From: a virus
Length of the DNA stretch: 64,000 bases
Virus record (IMG/VR): IMGVR_UViG_3300008516_000114
Location: 1 to 64,000 of that record
Strand: one strand, 5' to 3'
Both the position numbers and the translations under genes were made by a program. Under the pieces are notes generated by a model, which searched no databases, was not told the origin of the DNA, and saw only the letters and a list, made by a program, of their open reading frames with translations. Position 1 is the stretch's first letter. Every line of letters starts with the position of its first letter. Positions 9,276-18,764 of this stretch are shown piece after piece.

Positions 9276-9821
9276 ATGGATATAAATAATATGAAACAGA
9301 ATCATCCTGAATTGATAGTTTGGGATATAATGAGATGGATAGAGAAATTCGACCAGGGATTACAGAAATCTGGGGTGCGATTTATTTTAAAAATGCGTGG
9401 AATAAATAAATGGCTGCGTATCAGAAGGCTTTTAATTCAATTGAAAGTGCAGTGGTTGAATAGAATCAATGAATTGGAATTACAGGCTTATGAATTAAAA
9501 AATGAGGGTAATATATGGCGATGTATAGGGGCATTTCGGAAAGCGAATAAATGTTTTAAAAAATGCGAAAGATTGAAAGGAGAACGAATTGGTATTATTA
9601 AATGCCGACAGCAGGTGAGAGCATTGTGCCATTCACCGAGAGATGTTGATTTTCCTGATTATCTTAAATTTCCCGACAGTTGCAAATTACCCAATGATTT
9701 CCCTGAAATGCCTAATAAGCGCTGGTTTTGGTTTCACGATGGAATCAAGAAGAGAGTCCGTGCTTCGCCTACGGCTACGCAGGGTAAACAGGGCAAGCAG
9801 AACAAGAATATCAAATTTTAA
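9276..9821 (+). CDS. Hypothetical protein whose C-terminus is read through a REP-like element
   Basis: GGAG RBS; ends ...ASPTATQGK..., encoded by the repeat at 9758-9785. Confidence 0.65.
   Translation: MDINNMKQNHPELIVWDIMRWIEKFDQGLQKSGVRFILKMRGINKWLRIRRLLIQLKVQWLNRINELELQAYELKNEGNIWRCIGAFRKANKCFKKCERLKGERIGIIKCRQQVRALCHSPRDVDFPDYLKFPDSCKLPNDFPEMPNKRWFWFHDGIKKRVRASPTATQGKQGKQNKNIKF
9758..9785. repeat. REP-like hairpin element, copy 3 (in CDS)
   Basis: CCGTGCTTCGCCTACGGCTACGCAGGGT. Confidence 0.85.
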
Positions 9822-9851
9822 ATTGCAGATTTTTTATTAGAGGAGAATTAA

Positions 9852-10214
9852 ATGATAATGAGCTGGCTTAGGGGACATAAAATATTATGGATATGGTCAT
9901 TGAAAAGATGGGTTTATTCCGATAATAAAAGAAGTATAAAAAAGACACGGCCATGTAAAAATTGTGGTGAATTGCCGATTCTTATTAAAGTTAAAATCCC
10001 TGCTGATTTATCTTCTACAGGAGAAGAAAAATGGAAAATGGCTCAAATAGATGCTTGTATTGTTCCGATTGTAAAGGCTTTACAAGAAGGGGGAATTGAT
10101 ATGAGGGGAAGTTGTTGCGGACATGGAATTATAGATGGTGATATTCATTTACAAGACGGGAGAATTTTAATTATAAAAAAAGATGGTGATAAATATCTTA
10201 AAAAAAGGAGATAA
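9852..10214 (+). CDS. Phage hypothetical protein (CxxC ... SCCGHG)
   Basis: GAGGAG RBS; RGHKI, CKNCG, IDACI, SCCGHG motifs. Confidence 0.65.
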   Translation: MIMSWLRGHKILWIWSLKRWVYSDNKRSIKKTRPCKNCGELPILIKVKIPADLSSTGEEKWKMAQIDACIVPIVKALQEGGIDMRGSCCGHGIIDGDIHLQDGRILIIKKDGDKYLKKRR

Positions 10215-10215
10215 A

Positions 10216-10416
10216 ATGAGTATTTTAATTGAAGAAATTGAATGTGCTTTTAATCTTATGGAAGTTGTTAAGGCATTAAATGAGAACGGCACGAAAATAA
10301 TCCGTGATGGAACACTATGGTATATAACGGATATTTTTAACGGTTATATAATTGGTGAAGGGAAAACATTAAATGATGCTGTGTATGAAGCAACAAACTA
10401 TATGGGGATTAAATGA
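10216..10416 (+). CDS. Small hypothetical protein
   Basis: AAGGAG RBS before ATG 10216. Confidence 0.55.
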   Translation: MSILIEEIECAFNLMEVVKALNENGTKIIRDGTLWYITDIFNGYIIGEGKTLNDAVYEATNYMGIK

Positions 10417-10552
10417 AAAGTAAAAGCAAGAAACCAAAATCATCGAACAGTGAGCTTAAAAATGCGCTGATGAATTTATGTGGATTAATAAACGATATAA
10501 TAAATAATTATCAATAATGACGTATCTAACATAGTCAATAGATGGAGACTGA

Positions 10553-12697
10553 ATGGTTAAAGACAGAGAACTGACAGCGATTGAGCGATATTATTATATG
10601 CACAACCCGATTGCGGCGATAAAGTGGTTATTTAAGCGTCGTGATAGGCGATTCAAATTACCGGATGTAAATATTCAGCGGTTATGGTTATACTGGTATG
10701 TAATGTTTTCCACCGATTGCAGTGGAAGATCAACGGCAAAATCACATGATGCTATTGCTGTAACTAATGCGAAATTGATATTAATTCCACATCAGGAAGC
10801 ACTTCTCTTAGGACAGGACAAAAAGATAGGTGTGAAATTTTTTGATGAATATGTGCAACCCTGGATTGATTTATGTCCGAATTACAAGCAGTTTGTTATA
10901 CCATTCAGGGGTACGGGAAAACCAAAACCGACGCACAGCGATTCAATGACATCATTGATGTATAGAAACGGCTCAATATTCGAGACATTTTCTGCCGATT
11001 GGCGTAAAGATGCCAGGACAGTACAATCATTCCGTTATAACCGCTTGATATTCAATGAATGGACTTCCTATAACAATATTGAAGCGATGGAAGAGCAAGT
11101 AAAGCCATGTATCACGAGAACCCAATATGAATGGAATGATACATGGAGGTTTCAAACAGCAATGGAAAAATACATAAATGAGCCACTCGGATTATTGACT
11201 AATGAGGAGATGGCATTATGGCATAAGGGAGAGAAAAAAGAGGGTAAAGATTACAAAATAAGACCACATTTGGAAGAAGGTAAAGATTATCCTTTTGAGA
11301 AAATCAAAGAGCGTTTTTATAATAATTTCAAAATAACATATCATTTCGATTATGAAGAGGGATTGCAATATAAAGAACTGAGGCTAAAGAAAATAAAAGA
11401 TAGGCAAAGTATAAGGGATTTCTTCAGATTGTTTCTTGAGGGCAATCAGCCTTATCGTAACCAGATAATTTATGATGGTTCTGCAAAGCGACCTTCTGAT
11501 GAATCCTACCAATGGATCGAGAGAATAAATGCTAAGTTAGGAAAAGAACTTGAAGAGTGTATGGATTTTGATGATTGGTTGAATAATGAGAAACCGATAG
11601 ATCACCGTTATAGTTATTATTCGATTTCGGTAGATGATCTCCCAAGAGAATTTGATGGTATAATTTATGATTCGAGTATTATTAACGATTACCGACAAAA
11701 TAATTTGAAGGAAGATTATGAGCGGATATATGGTGGTAAATGGATAGAAGGATTTGCAAGGAAGCCTTACGATCCTGCATTGATAAGAGAATTGAGAGTT
11801 AAAAAAGACGATCCAAGATATTTTGAAGTGCAATTAAAGGGGAATAGAGCTAAAAAATATATCAGTGCCATAGATGCAGCCAAAGGAACGGAAGCCTTGC
11901 GTAAGGGAATTGTAATAGTCAGAGGCGAAGGAAAAGGAAGGGGAGCAGATGCCGGTATGGCAACATTTGAATTAGGTGATAGCACGATAGAGAATCCTGA
12001 TAAACTGGTTAATGTGTATAAAGCGGAAGATGTACGATCCGACCCGATGGCTTTTGATATACAGAATTTGTTAAAGAAATTTGAGAATATGATTTTGATG
12101 GGATTAGACCCTGGTGGCGGTGGTGGCGATCTTGCGGATTCTTTGAAGAAATCCGAATTGATTATTAATAATGTTAAGCAGCAAAGTATTCCGGTTGTAC
12201 CGATAGATTATGAAGATGGTTCTTTTGTAGGGAAGAGGATTATAGTTTTTATAAGCCGTGGCACGGAATTGTTAAAAATGGCTCGTGTTGAAAGTAGTGA
12301 TGAAAAAGCACTATGGAAAAGCGAAGATATGCTTCCCGATGAATTTCATAATAAAGCACGATTGGCAATACAAAATAAGACTTGTTTATTTCCAACTTAT
12401 TATACTGAATATGAAAAAATACAAATGATAAATAAAGGCGAATTATCTTATGATAAAGTTGAGGTGATGGAGAATATTGATCTTGCACTTAAACAGATGA
12501 CCGAGATTCAAATAGAGTTGGATAAACGCACCGGCAAACCCAAATTAAGTAGAAACGGTTTATATACCTATATAGCACCGAAGAAGAAGGATTTGGCTTA
12601 TTGTGTGATTTATGGGTTGTATTTGATTAATGTGTATAGAACGATCGAGAAGAAGATCGGCGAGAGGAATAAGGGAGGGATCGTTATTGTTGTTTAA
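10553..12697 (+). CDS. terL: Terminase large subunit
   Basis: ATPase with deviant Walker A GRSTAKS, Walker B LIFNEW and coupling motif IIYDGSA; RNase H-like nuclease AIDAAK, LDPGGGG, KKDL; lies upstream of the portal. Confidence 0.8.
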   Translation: MVKDRELTAIERYYYMHNPIAAIKWLFKRRDRRFKLPDVNIQRLWLYWYVMFSTDCSGRSTAKSHDAIAVTNAKLILIPHQEALLLGQDKKIGVKFFDEYVQPWIDLCPNYKQFVIPFRGTGKPKPTHSDSMTSLMYRNGSIFETFSADWRKDARTVQSFRYNRLIFNEWTSYNNIEAMEEQVKPCITRTQYEWNDTWRFQTAMEKYINEPLGLLTNEEMALWHKGEKKEGKDYKIRPHLEEGKDYPFEKIKERFYNNFKITYHFDYEEGLQYKELRLKKIKDRQSIRDFFRLFLEGNQPYRNQIIYDGSAKRPSDESYQWIERINAKLGKELEECMDFDDWLNNEKPIDHRYSYYSISVDDLPREFDGIIYDSSIINDYRQNNLKEDYERIYGGKWIEGFARKPYDPALIRELRVKKDDPRYFEVQLKGNRAKKYISAIDAAKGTEALRKGIVIVRGEGKGRGADAGMATFELGDSTIENPDKLVNVYKAEDVRSDPMAFDIQNLLKKFENMILMGLDPGGGGGDLADSLKKSELIINNVKQQSIPVVPIDYEDGSFVGKRIIVFISRGTELLKMARVESSDEKALWKSEDMLPDEFHNKARLAIQNKTCLFPTYYTEYEKIQMINKGELSYDKVEVMENIDLALKQMTEIQIELDKRTGKPKLSRNGLYTYIAPKKKDLAYCVIYGLYLINVYRTIEKKIGERNKGGIVIVV

Positions 12698-12736
12698 TTG
12701 TCAATTATGAATTTTGAATTATGAATTTTGAATTAA
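12695..12736 (+). repeat. Heptamer tandem array x6
   Basis: taattgt caattat gaatttt gaattat gaatttt gaattaa; first unit contains the terL stop. Confidence 0.88.
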
Positions 12737-12755
12737 AAGAGAGAAAGGAAATGTT

Positions 12756-13088
12756 ATGATTACAAAAGATTTATTTGAAGAAATATTTAATATGGGATAT
12801 AATTATGGATTCGGAGAAGGAGGGGAACATAGATGTGATGCACTTAATGCTAATGCGAGTTGGGAATATTATAAGAAGTACCAAAAATATTCTCAAGCAG
12901 ATAATAATAAATATAATAAGAGAACCATAGGAATAAATGGTGCTTCTATGAATAATATTAAAATAGCATCAATAGGTGTGGAATATGATAAGAGTATTGT
13001 AAAAATACTTATAAACGATGTAATTGTTTTCTGTGGATGGAAAAGAGCTCTAAAAGATTTTTTTCAAGATATTGCAAATAACTGTTAA
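12756..13088 (+). CDS. Hypothetical protein
   Basis: AAGGA RBS, 110 aa. Confidence 0.55.
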   Translation: MITKDLFEEIFNMGYNYGFGEGGEHRCDALNANASWEYYKKYQKYSQADNNKYNKRTIGINGASMNNIKIASIGVEYDKSIVKILINDVIVFCGWKRALKDFFQDIANNC

Positions 13089-13104
13089 TTAAAAGGAGGA
13101 TAAA

Positions 13105-13638
13105 ATGAAGAAAACTATGAGTTTTGAGAAGGCATTTAAAAAATATTCTTTAAAAGCGAGAGAATATAGCAGACAATTTCCCGAAGTATTGACAGGGCTT
13201 AAAATAACAAATTTGGAATATGGATTAGATGCTGATGGTGATCCACAAATATATTATTTTGTACTTGATAATGGAACAAAAATAGGCTTGGCAAGAGTTT
13301 ATGAAAATGGTGCTGTAAAAGAATTAGATAGAACCGAAAGATATAAAGATGGTAGTATTATAAGGTTTGAATTTCATAATTGGGAATTAGGAAATATGGA
13401 GGATAAAATAAAGAAATTAACAGACATTAAATTAGAAGATTTATCTCGGATGGAAGAAGGGTTTATCACAACATCGAAACCACCAAAGCCATCTCCTCCC
13501 AGATTAATAAGAGAATTTCATTTCGGTAGAATTGGATATTGTAAAAAATGCGGATCATCCTTAAAAACAAAGTGGTTTTTTAAATTTATTGGTTGTATCC
13601 AACCCAAATGTGAGAATTATTATAAAAGGATAAAATAA
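13105..13638 (+). CDS. Hypothetical protein with C-terminal Zn-finger
   Basis: AAGGAG RBS; CKKCG...CIQPKC. Confidence 0.6.
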   Translation: MKKTMSFEKAFKKYSLKAREYSRQFPEVLTGLKITNLEYGLDADGDPQIYYFVLDNGTKIGLARVYENGAVKELDRTERYKDGSIIRFEFHNWELGNMEDKIKKLTDIKLEDLSRMEEGFITTSKPPKPSPPRLIREFHFGRIGYCKKCGSSLKTKWFFKFIGCIQPKCENYYKRIK

Positions 13639-13729
13639 CGCATTAAACGATGAATATTTGAATAAAAAGGGATTTTGATGCTTAAAAATGGTATTATACT
13701 ACAATTAATGAGATATTATTCTTGTATGA

Positions 13730-15682
13730 ATGGGTATTATTTACTATTTTAGAAACGTTATGGATAAGATGAATACAGATAAAAGAAAAGTAGAGACAAG
13801 GCAGATAGTAGATACCCTGATTACTTATCATAAGCCTGAATATGCTGCTGACCATCTGGATATAAGTTTCAAGAAATTTGGTAAGAAATGTAAATTACTG
13901 GATATTCCGCTTGATATCGGCATTGAATATGATAAATCCTTAGCAGCAGTACGCGAGACTGTCAAGAGCTTTGAAATCATTACGAATATGATCACCTCTG
14001 CTATTCCGGATACACTGAGAGATAAATTCATATATGCCGAGAAATATTCAAAAGGGGATGATCTCGTACAAAGCATTACTTCTACCAAATCGGATTTTAT
14101 GATGGCTGGATTCCATGTGAAATCCAAAGATATCGGAGTAGAATCTTTTTGTAACGAAATTAATCGTACATTCAATATGGATAATATTATTCAGCAAGCA
14201 TGTGTGAAGGCTTCAGATATTTCAAATATCCCTTTTTATTATAAAACAGTAACTCCCAAAAGCAAAGATGTCGAAGATATAAAAATACTTGATCCTAAAT
14301 GGCTTAGTATTATACCGCTTTCAATGGTGAAAGACGGTAAGCCACAGAAAGCGGTGATCCTGCAAATCAGCGATGAATTCAAAAGAATTTACAGGCAAAA
14401 CATTCTTCTCTATAAAGATATAAAAATGATCAATGAGATGAAAAAAGCCATTCCGCCTAAATATTTAATGGCATTGAACAACAAAGGCGTAACCGCAAGG
14501 AGGGATTGCGTTGAATTATTAGAAGAAGATGGTGAATACGTCGAATTAATTAATTGGCGTGGCGAGAGAGATAGATTAGTTATGCCACAGATGACGGCAG
14601 TCTTTCCCGATATAAGATTAAGAATGCTCATACGTGATGGTGATTATTCGATATTTCATCACATAAAGCATTTAATTCACCAGGTGAAAGCAGGAAAAAC
14701 CAATACAACCCAAAGTGGTGGATTCGGGCTTGTTAGTGAGATTTTGAATCAGCGCTTAACAGATGAAAAAGCACAAGCATTGAAAGCAGTTTATAGTGAT
14801 ATTGATAAAGTAATGCTGGAAATCACCGATGATACAATAGAACATAAATTTAATTTTCCCGATCCCGAATTATTCGATTATAGAAAATACCTGGCAGTTG
14901 AACAGAGAATACTACGTTGGGGCGGGATTGCTCTTATATTGCTTGATGCAACAAGCAGCAATTATTCCGGTGGATATATATATCTCAAATCGCTTTATGC
15001 CGATGTGATGAAATGGCGTAATGCTATCAGGAGAACATTGGAAGATTTCTATTTGACAATAGCACCTGCAGCAGGTCGTGGTGGATTGAAAACCAAGATG
15101 TTAGACCCCAAAACCCGGCCTCATGTATTATTTGATAATACTATGATGAAAGAGCCAAAGCAGATACTTGATGAAATAAAATTTTTGTTAGATAAAGGTG
15201 GCGGTTCGTGGGAGACTATACATGAGATGTTTGGTATTCCACATTCGATAGAGATGGAACGCAAAAAACAGGAATGGCTTGATGTAAAAGCAGAGAAACA
15301 GTTTCTATATCCTATTTATGAGGGAAGCCAAGGATTATTGCAGGGTTATTATGTACCACCTTTTCAAGAAAAGCAGGAAAATCTACCCAAGCAGATTCCA
15401 GGTAAAAAACCCGCCGGATCACCTGGCAATCCTGAGAAGGATGGGCTTCAAACCGATAATACCAAACAACCGAGACAACCAAGACCGAGTGAAGCGACTT
15501 TGAAAGAGATTGCGGATATGGGATTGCAGGTTGCGGATTTCGGAATTGTGAAGAAAGTCGGCACAAAGTGGTATGTATATAGCCACGACGGTACGAAGAA
15601 ATTGAGCAAAGGCTATAAGACGAAGAAAGAGGCAGTTGAGAGACTGGCGGAGATTGAATATTTCAAAAATAAAGATAAATAA
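13730..15682 (+). CDS. Portal protein (start uncertain) with a fused small C-terminal domain
   Basis: Follows TerL, 650 aa; portal-like features (KILDPKW, SWETIHEMFG..EMERKKQE) and a low-complexity P/Q/G tail. Confidence 0.7.
   Translation: MGIIYYFRNVMDKMNTDKRKVETRQIVDTLITYHKPEYAADHLDISFKKFGKKCKLLDIPLDIGIEYDKSLAAVRETVKSFEIITNMITSAIPDTLRDKFIYAEKYSKGDDLVQSITSTKSDFMMAGFHVKSKDIGVESFCNEINRTFNMDNIIQQACVKASDISNIPFYYKTVTPKSKDVEDIKILDPKWLSIIPLSMVKDGKPQKAVILQISDEFKRIYRQNILLYKDIKMINEMKKAIPPKYLMALNNKGVTARRDCVELLEEDGEYVELINWRGERDRLVMPQMTAVFPDIRLRMLIRDGDYSIFHHIKHLIHQVKAGKTNTTQSGGFGLVSEILNQRLTDEKAQALKAVYSDIDKVMLEITDDTIEHKFNFPDPELFDYRKYLAVEQRILRWGGIALILLDATSSNYSGGYIYLKSLYADVMKWRNAIRRTLEDFYLTIAPAAGRGGLKTKMLDPKTRPHVLFDNTMMKEPKQILDEIKFLLDKGGGSWETIHEMFGIPHSIEMERKKQEWLDVKAEKQFLYPIYEGSQGLLQGYYVPPFQEKQENLPKQIPGKKPAGSPGNPEKDGLQTDNTKQPRQPRPSEATLKEIADMGLQVADFGIVKKVGTKWYVYSHDGTKKLSKGYKTKKEAVERLAEIEYFKNKDK
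15508..15549 (+). repeat. In-frame heptamer array x6 (42 bp) within the portal gene
   Basis: gattgcg gatatgg gattgca ggttgcg gatttcg gaattgt. Confidence 0.7.
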
Positions 15683-15703
15683 TCATATTAGTTGGTGGTG
15701 ATT

Positions 15704-16435
15704 ATGTATGATAAAAGAATATTAATAATATCGCCATTCCGGAATGAAGAACATTCGGTTCCGCATTATCTTAAATCATTGGCGAATATCAGTTATCCAC
15801 AAAATTTGATCGATGTTTGCTGGTTTGAAAATGATTCGAGTGATGATACTTATAAATTATTATTTAATTATATACAACCCGGTGGACTCAGGGATTTTAA
15901 TTATTTCTCATTAGAGCATTTAACCATTATGGGCAAAATAGAAAAAAGCAAAACATTCACCTATTACAAGGATATTCCTTATGGTAAGAACAGAATTAAG
16001 CCCTGGCTGGTAATATGGAATGAATATTTCATACCGACAATATTGAAAAGCCGCTGTGATTATGTTTTAATCTGGTTTGCCGATTGCGTAGCACCACCGA
16101 ATGTAATCGAGGAATACTTAAAAGTTTACGAGCAATATCCGGATTGCGGTTGGGTAGGCGGTGAGATGTGGCGAAGGCATCCGAGAGAGAGAGAATGTAT
16201 ATCGCCCTGGCAATATGGAAATAAAGTTCCAAAAGAGATAACTAAAGTACCATTTGCATCATCGCATTGCTGGCTAAGTAAAAAAGAATATTTTGAGGAT
16301 GTTGAATTTCGATATCATAAAGCGGATATGCACATTTCGATTATCGAGCAATTCAAGGAAAAAGGGCTGTATGTATATTTCCAGCCGAGTGTAAAATTAA
16401 AGCATGTAAGTAATGATGGGAAGATATATAAATGA
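15704..16435 (+). CDS. GT-A fold glycosyltransferase (GT2/Anp1-like)
   Basis: ILIISPFRNE, ENDSSDDT, WFADC, terminal VKLKH. Confidence 0.75.
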   Translation: MYDKRILIISPFRNEEHSVPHYLKSLANISYPQNLIDVCWFENDSSDDTYKLLFNYIQPGGLRDFNYFSLEHLTIMGKIEKSKTFTYYKDIPYGKNRIKPWLVIWNEYFIPTILKSRCDYVLIWFADCVAPPNVIEEYLKVYEQYPDCGWVGGEMWRRHPRERECISPWQYGNKVPKEITKVPFASSHCWLSKKEYFEDVEFRYHKADMHISIIEQFKEKGLYVYFQPSVKLKHVSNDGKIYK

Positions 16436-16458
16436 AGAATGTAAAATGTAAAATGAGA
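16431..16458 (+). repeat. Heptamer array AATG(T/A)(A/G)N x4
   Basis: aatgaag aatgtaa aatgtaa aatgaga at a gene junction. Confidence 0.65.
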
Positions 16459-16465
16459 GGGCAAA

Positions 16466-17230
16466 TTGATGATTAAGCAATTTATAATTTCCGATTCGGT
16501 TAAGTTTTTTGCAGATCGTATAGCGAGTAATTATCCTATAAAGTGCGTAAACGAGGACAATTATGATAAAAAAGCACCCTGTCTATTTATAGGTAATTAT
16601 CGTCAAAGTGATTTAAGAAGGATAAACGAACATGAGGGATTTGCGGTGGTATTGTGGTGTGGGATAGATGTGGAGAGAAAACATATAGTCAGGGGATTGA
16701 AACCGAGCGTTAAGCATATTGCAACCTCGCATTGGGCAAAGACAATTCTTTCTTCTTTGAATATTGATTACAGGTTTATCAATTATTGTACAGCATATTT
16801 GAACCGTCGAAGTTCTGAACCTCTGGGTGATAAGATATATTGCTATGCACCAAATGAAATATACGGAAAATCCTTAGCGGAAGATGTCGGGAGACAAGTT
16901 GATTATGAATTGATATTAACGATAAGTAAAACTCAATATTCGCCAGATCAGATAAATGAATTCTATAGACAATCTTTTATGGGTATAAGGCTCAGAGATA
17001 GAAGCGATGGATCAGCGACAACAGTGCAGGAAATGGCATTAATGGGAAGAAGGACTATCTGGAATGGCGATCAACCTGCTGCTATTCACTGGAAAGATAA
17101 GTCTGATATTATCAGATTAATCGGTGAAGAAGCCAAGAAAATCGGCACAATTCCAACAGAAGTTACAGAGATAACATATAATTATTTCAACATCAATAAC
17201 GATTGGTTGAATGAAGAATTTTACGAATAA
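16466..17230 (+). CDS. Putative GT-B fold glycosyltransferase
   Basis: WCGID; FYRQSFMGIRL..DGSATTVQEMALMGR resembles the GT4 Ex7E region. Confidence 0.6.
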   Translation: MMIKQFIISDSVKFFADRIASNYPIKCVNEDNYDKKAPCLFIGNYRQSDLRRINEHEGFAVVLWCGIDVERKHIVRGLKPSVKHIATSHWAKTILSSLNIDYRFINYCTAYLNRRSSEPLGDKIYCYAPNEIYGKSLAEDVGRQVDYELILTISKTQYSPDQINEFYRQSFMGIRLRDRSDGSATTVQEMALMGRRTIWNGDQPAAIHWKDKSDIIRLIGEEAKKIGTIPTEVTEITYNYFNINNDWLNEEFYE

Positions 17231-17242
17231 AGAAAGAATAAT

Positions 17243-18181
17243 ATGAAGCAGAAAATTCTTGTAACCGGTGGATTGGGAACAATAGGATATGTTTTGGTAA
17301 GAGAATTAAAAAAGCGTGGTTACGATGTCTGGGTATGTGATTTAAAACATTCGTTTAATGAAAAGTATATACGATGTGATGTTGCTAATTACCGCCAACT
17401 CAGTAGAATTTTTGAACTGCATGAATTTGATTATGTTTATCACTTAGCTGCAGAATTCGGGAGATGGAACGGTGAGGAATATTATGATACACTTTGGCGT
17501 TCAAATGTCATTGGCACGAAAAATATAATTCGTATGCAGGAGCAATATGGATTTCGTCATATATTTTTCAGTAGTTCAGAAGTATATGGAGATTATAGCG
17601 GAATAATGTCTGAAGATGTTATGGATAAGTTTGAGATTAAACAACTCAATGATTATGCAATGACGAAATGGGTCGGTGAAATGCAAATTATGAATTCAAA
17701 AGAGCAATTCGGGGCGGAGAGTTTACGAGTGCGGTTATTTAATACTTATGGAGAGGGTGAATTTTATACTCCTTATAGGAATGTAATATGCAGGTTCATT
17801 TATCATGCTTTAAAAGACTTGCCCTATACCGTTTATCTTGGTCATCATCGCACATCTACTTATGTTACGGATACTGTCAGAACTCTTTCTAACATTATTG
17901 ATAATTTTAAGGCTGGCGAGGTTTATAATATTGGAGGAGGTCAATATCACAGTGTTAAGTATTTATCTGATTTGATTCTTAAATATCTTGGAAAAACGGA
18001 TAAGAAGATTAAGTATCTTGGAGGAGAAAAATTTACAACCAAAAATAAAAAGATTGATATTACAAAAGCAGAATGTGATCTTAATCATAGAAATCTTATC
18101 ACATTAGAGAAAGGCATCCCAAAAACAATCGAGTGGATGAAACTTATATATAAGGAGAATAGTTATGGAAAAAAATATTGA
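17243..18181 (+). CDS. NAD-dependent NDP-sugar epimerase/dehydratase (extended SDR)
   Basis: VTGGLGTIG, HLAA, SSSEVYG, YAMTK (YxxxK), RLFNTYG. Confidence 0.93.
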   Translation: MKQKILVTGGLGTIGYVLVRELKKRGYDVWVCDLKHSFNEKYIRCDVANYRQLSRIFELHEFDYVYHLAAEFGRWNGEEYYDTLWRSNVIGTKNIIRMQEQYGFRHIFFSSSEVYGDYSGIMSEDVMDKFEIKQLNDYAMTKWVGEMQIMNSKEQFGAESLRVRLFNTYGEGEFYTPYRNVICRFIYHALKDLPYTVYLGHHRTSTYVTDTVRTLSNIIDNFKAGEVYNIGGGQYHSVKYLSDLILKYLGKTDKKIKYLGGEKFTTKNKKIDITKAECDLNHRNLITLEKGIPKTIEWMKLIYKENSYGKKY

Positions 18182-18764
18182 AGCTTTTAATGGTGATTAT
18201 TATCTAGCTGAAAAAGTTATTCAAGTTGTCAATAAATATTGTATAAGTAATATAATAGAAACGGGGACACAATTTGGAAAGACTACTGAATTTTTTTGCA
18301 AGTTAGTGGCGAATGTATATTCGGTTGAGTTAAATGAAAATAATTTCAATAAGGCAAAAGAGAGATTACAAGGGTATAAAAATGTGAAATTGTATAACGA
18401 AAGTTCCGAAAAGTGTCTTGATTCTTTGATTTCAAATAATATTTTAGTTGGGAATACAATTTTTTATTTAGATGCACATGATAATTATCCTCCAGATAGG
18501 GGGACAGTTATTTTAGATGAACTACGACAGATTCTTCGTTTAGATAAAGCATTGGTTTTTATTCATGATTTTAAGGTTCCAAGAAAGACTTTTGGGTTTG
18601 GTTCGCATGCCCCGGGAGTTGCTTTGGATATAAATGTAATTTCTCCTATTCTTAACACTTCTGGCAAAGAAATACAGTACAAATATCCTGAAAAAACTGC
18701 GGGAAAGAATAGGGGGAGTGTTTTGATTAAAATTGGAGATTGGAAAAATGGATTTAATTCTTGA
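18165..18764 (+). CDS. Class I SAM-dependent methyltransferase
   Basis: IIETGTQFGKTT, SVEL, FYLDAH, IHDF. Confidence 0.8.
   Translation: MEKNIEAFNGDYYLAEKVIQVVNKYCISNIIETGTQFGKTTEFFCKLVANVYSVELNENNFNKAKERLQGYKNVKLYNESSEKCLDSLISNNILVGNTIFYLDAHDNYPPDRGTVILDELRQILRLDKALVFIHDFKVPRKTFGFGSHAPGVALDINVISPILNTSGKEIQYKYPEKTAGKNRGSVLIKIGDWKNGFNS

Noticed and set aside
11100-11460. Intein in the terminase insertion
   Set aside because: No recognisable intein N-terminal block, no terminal HN followed by C/S/T, no endonuclease motifs
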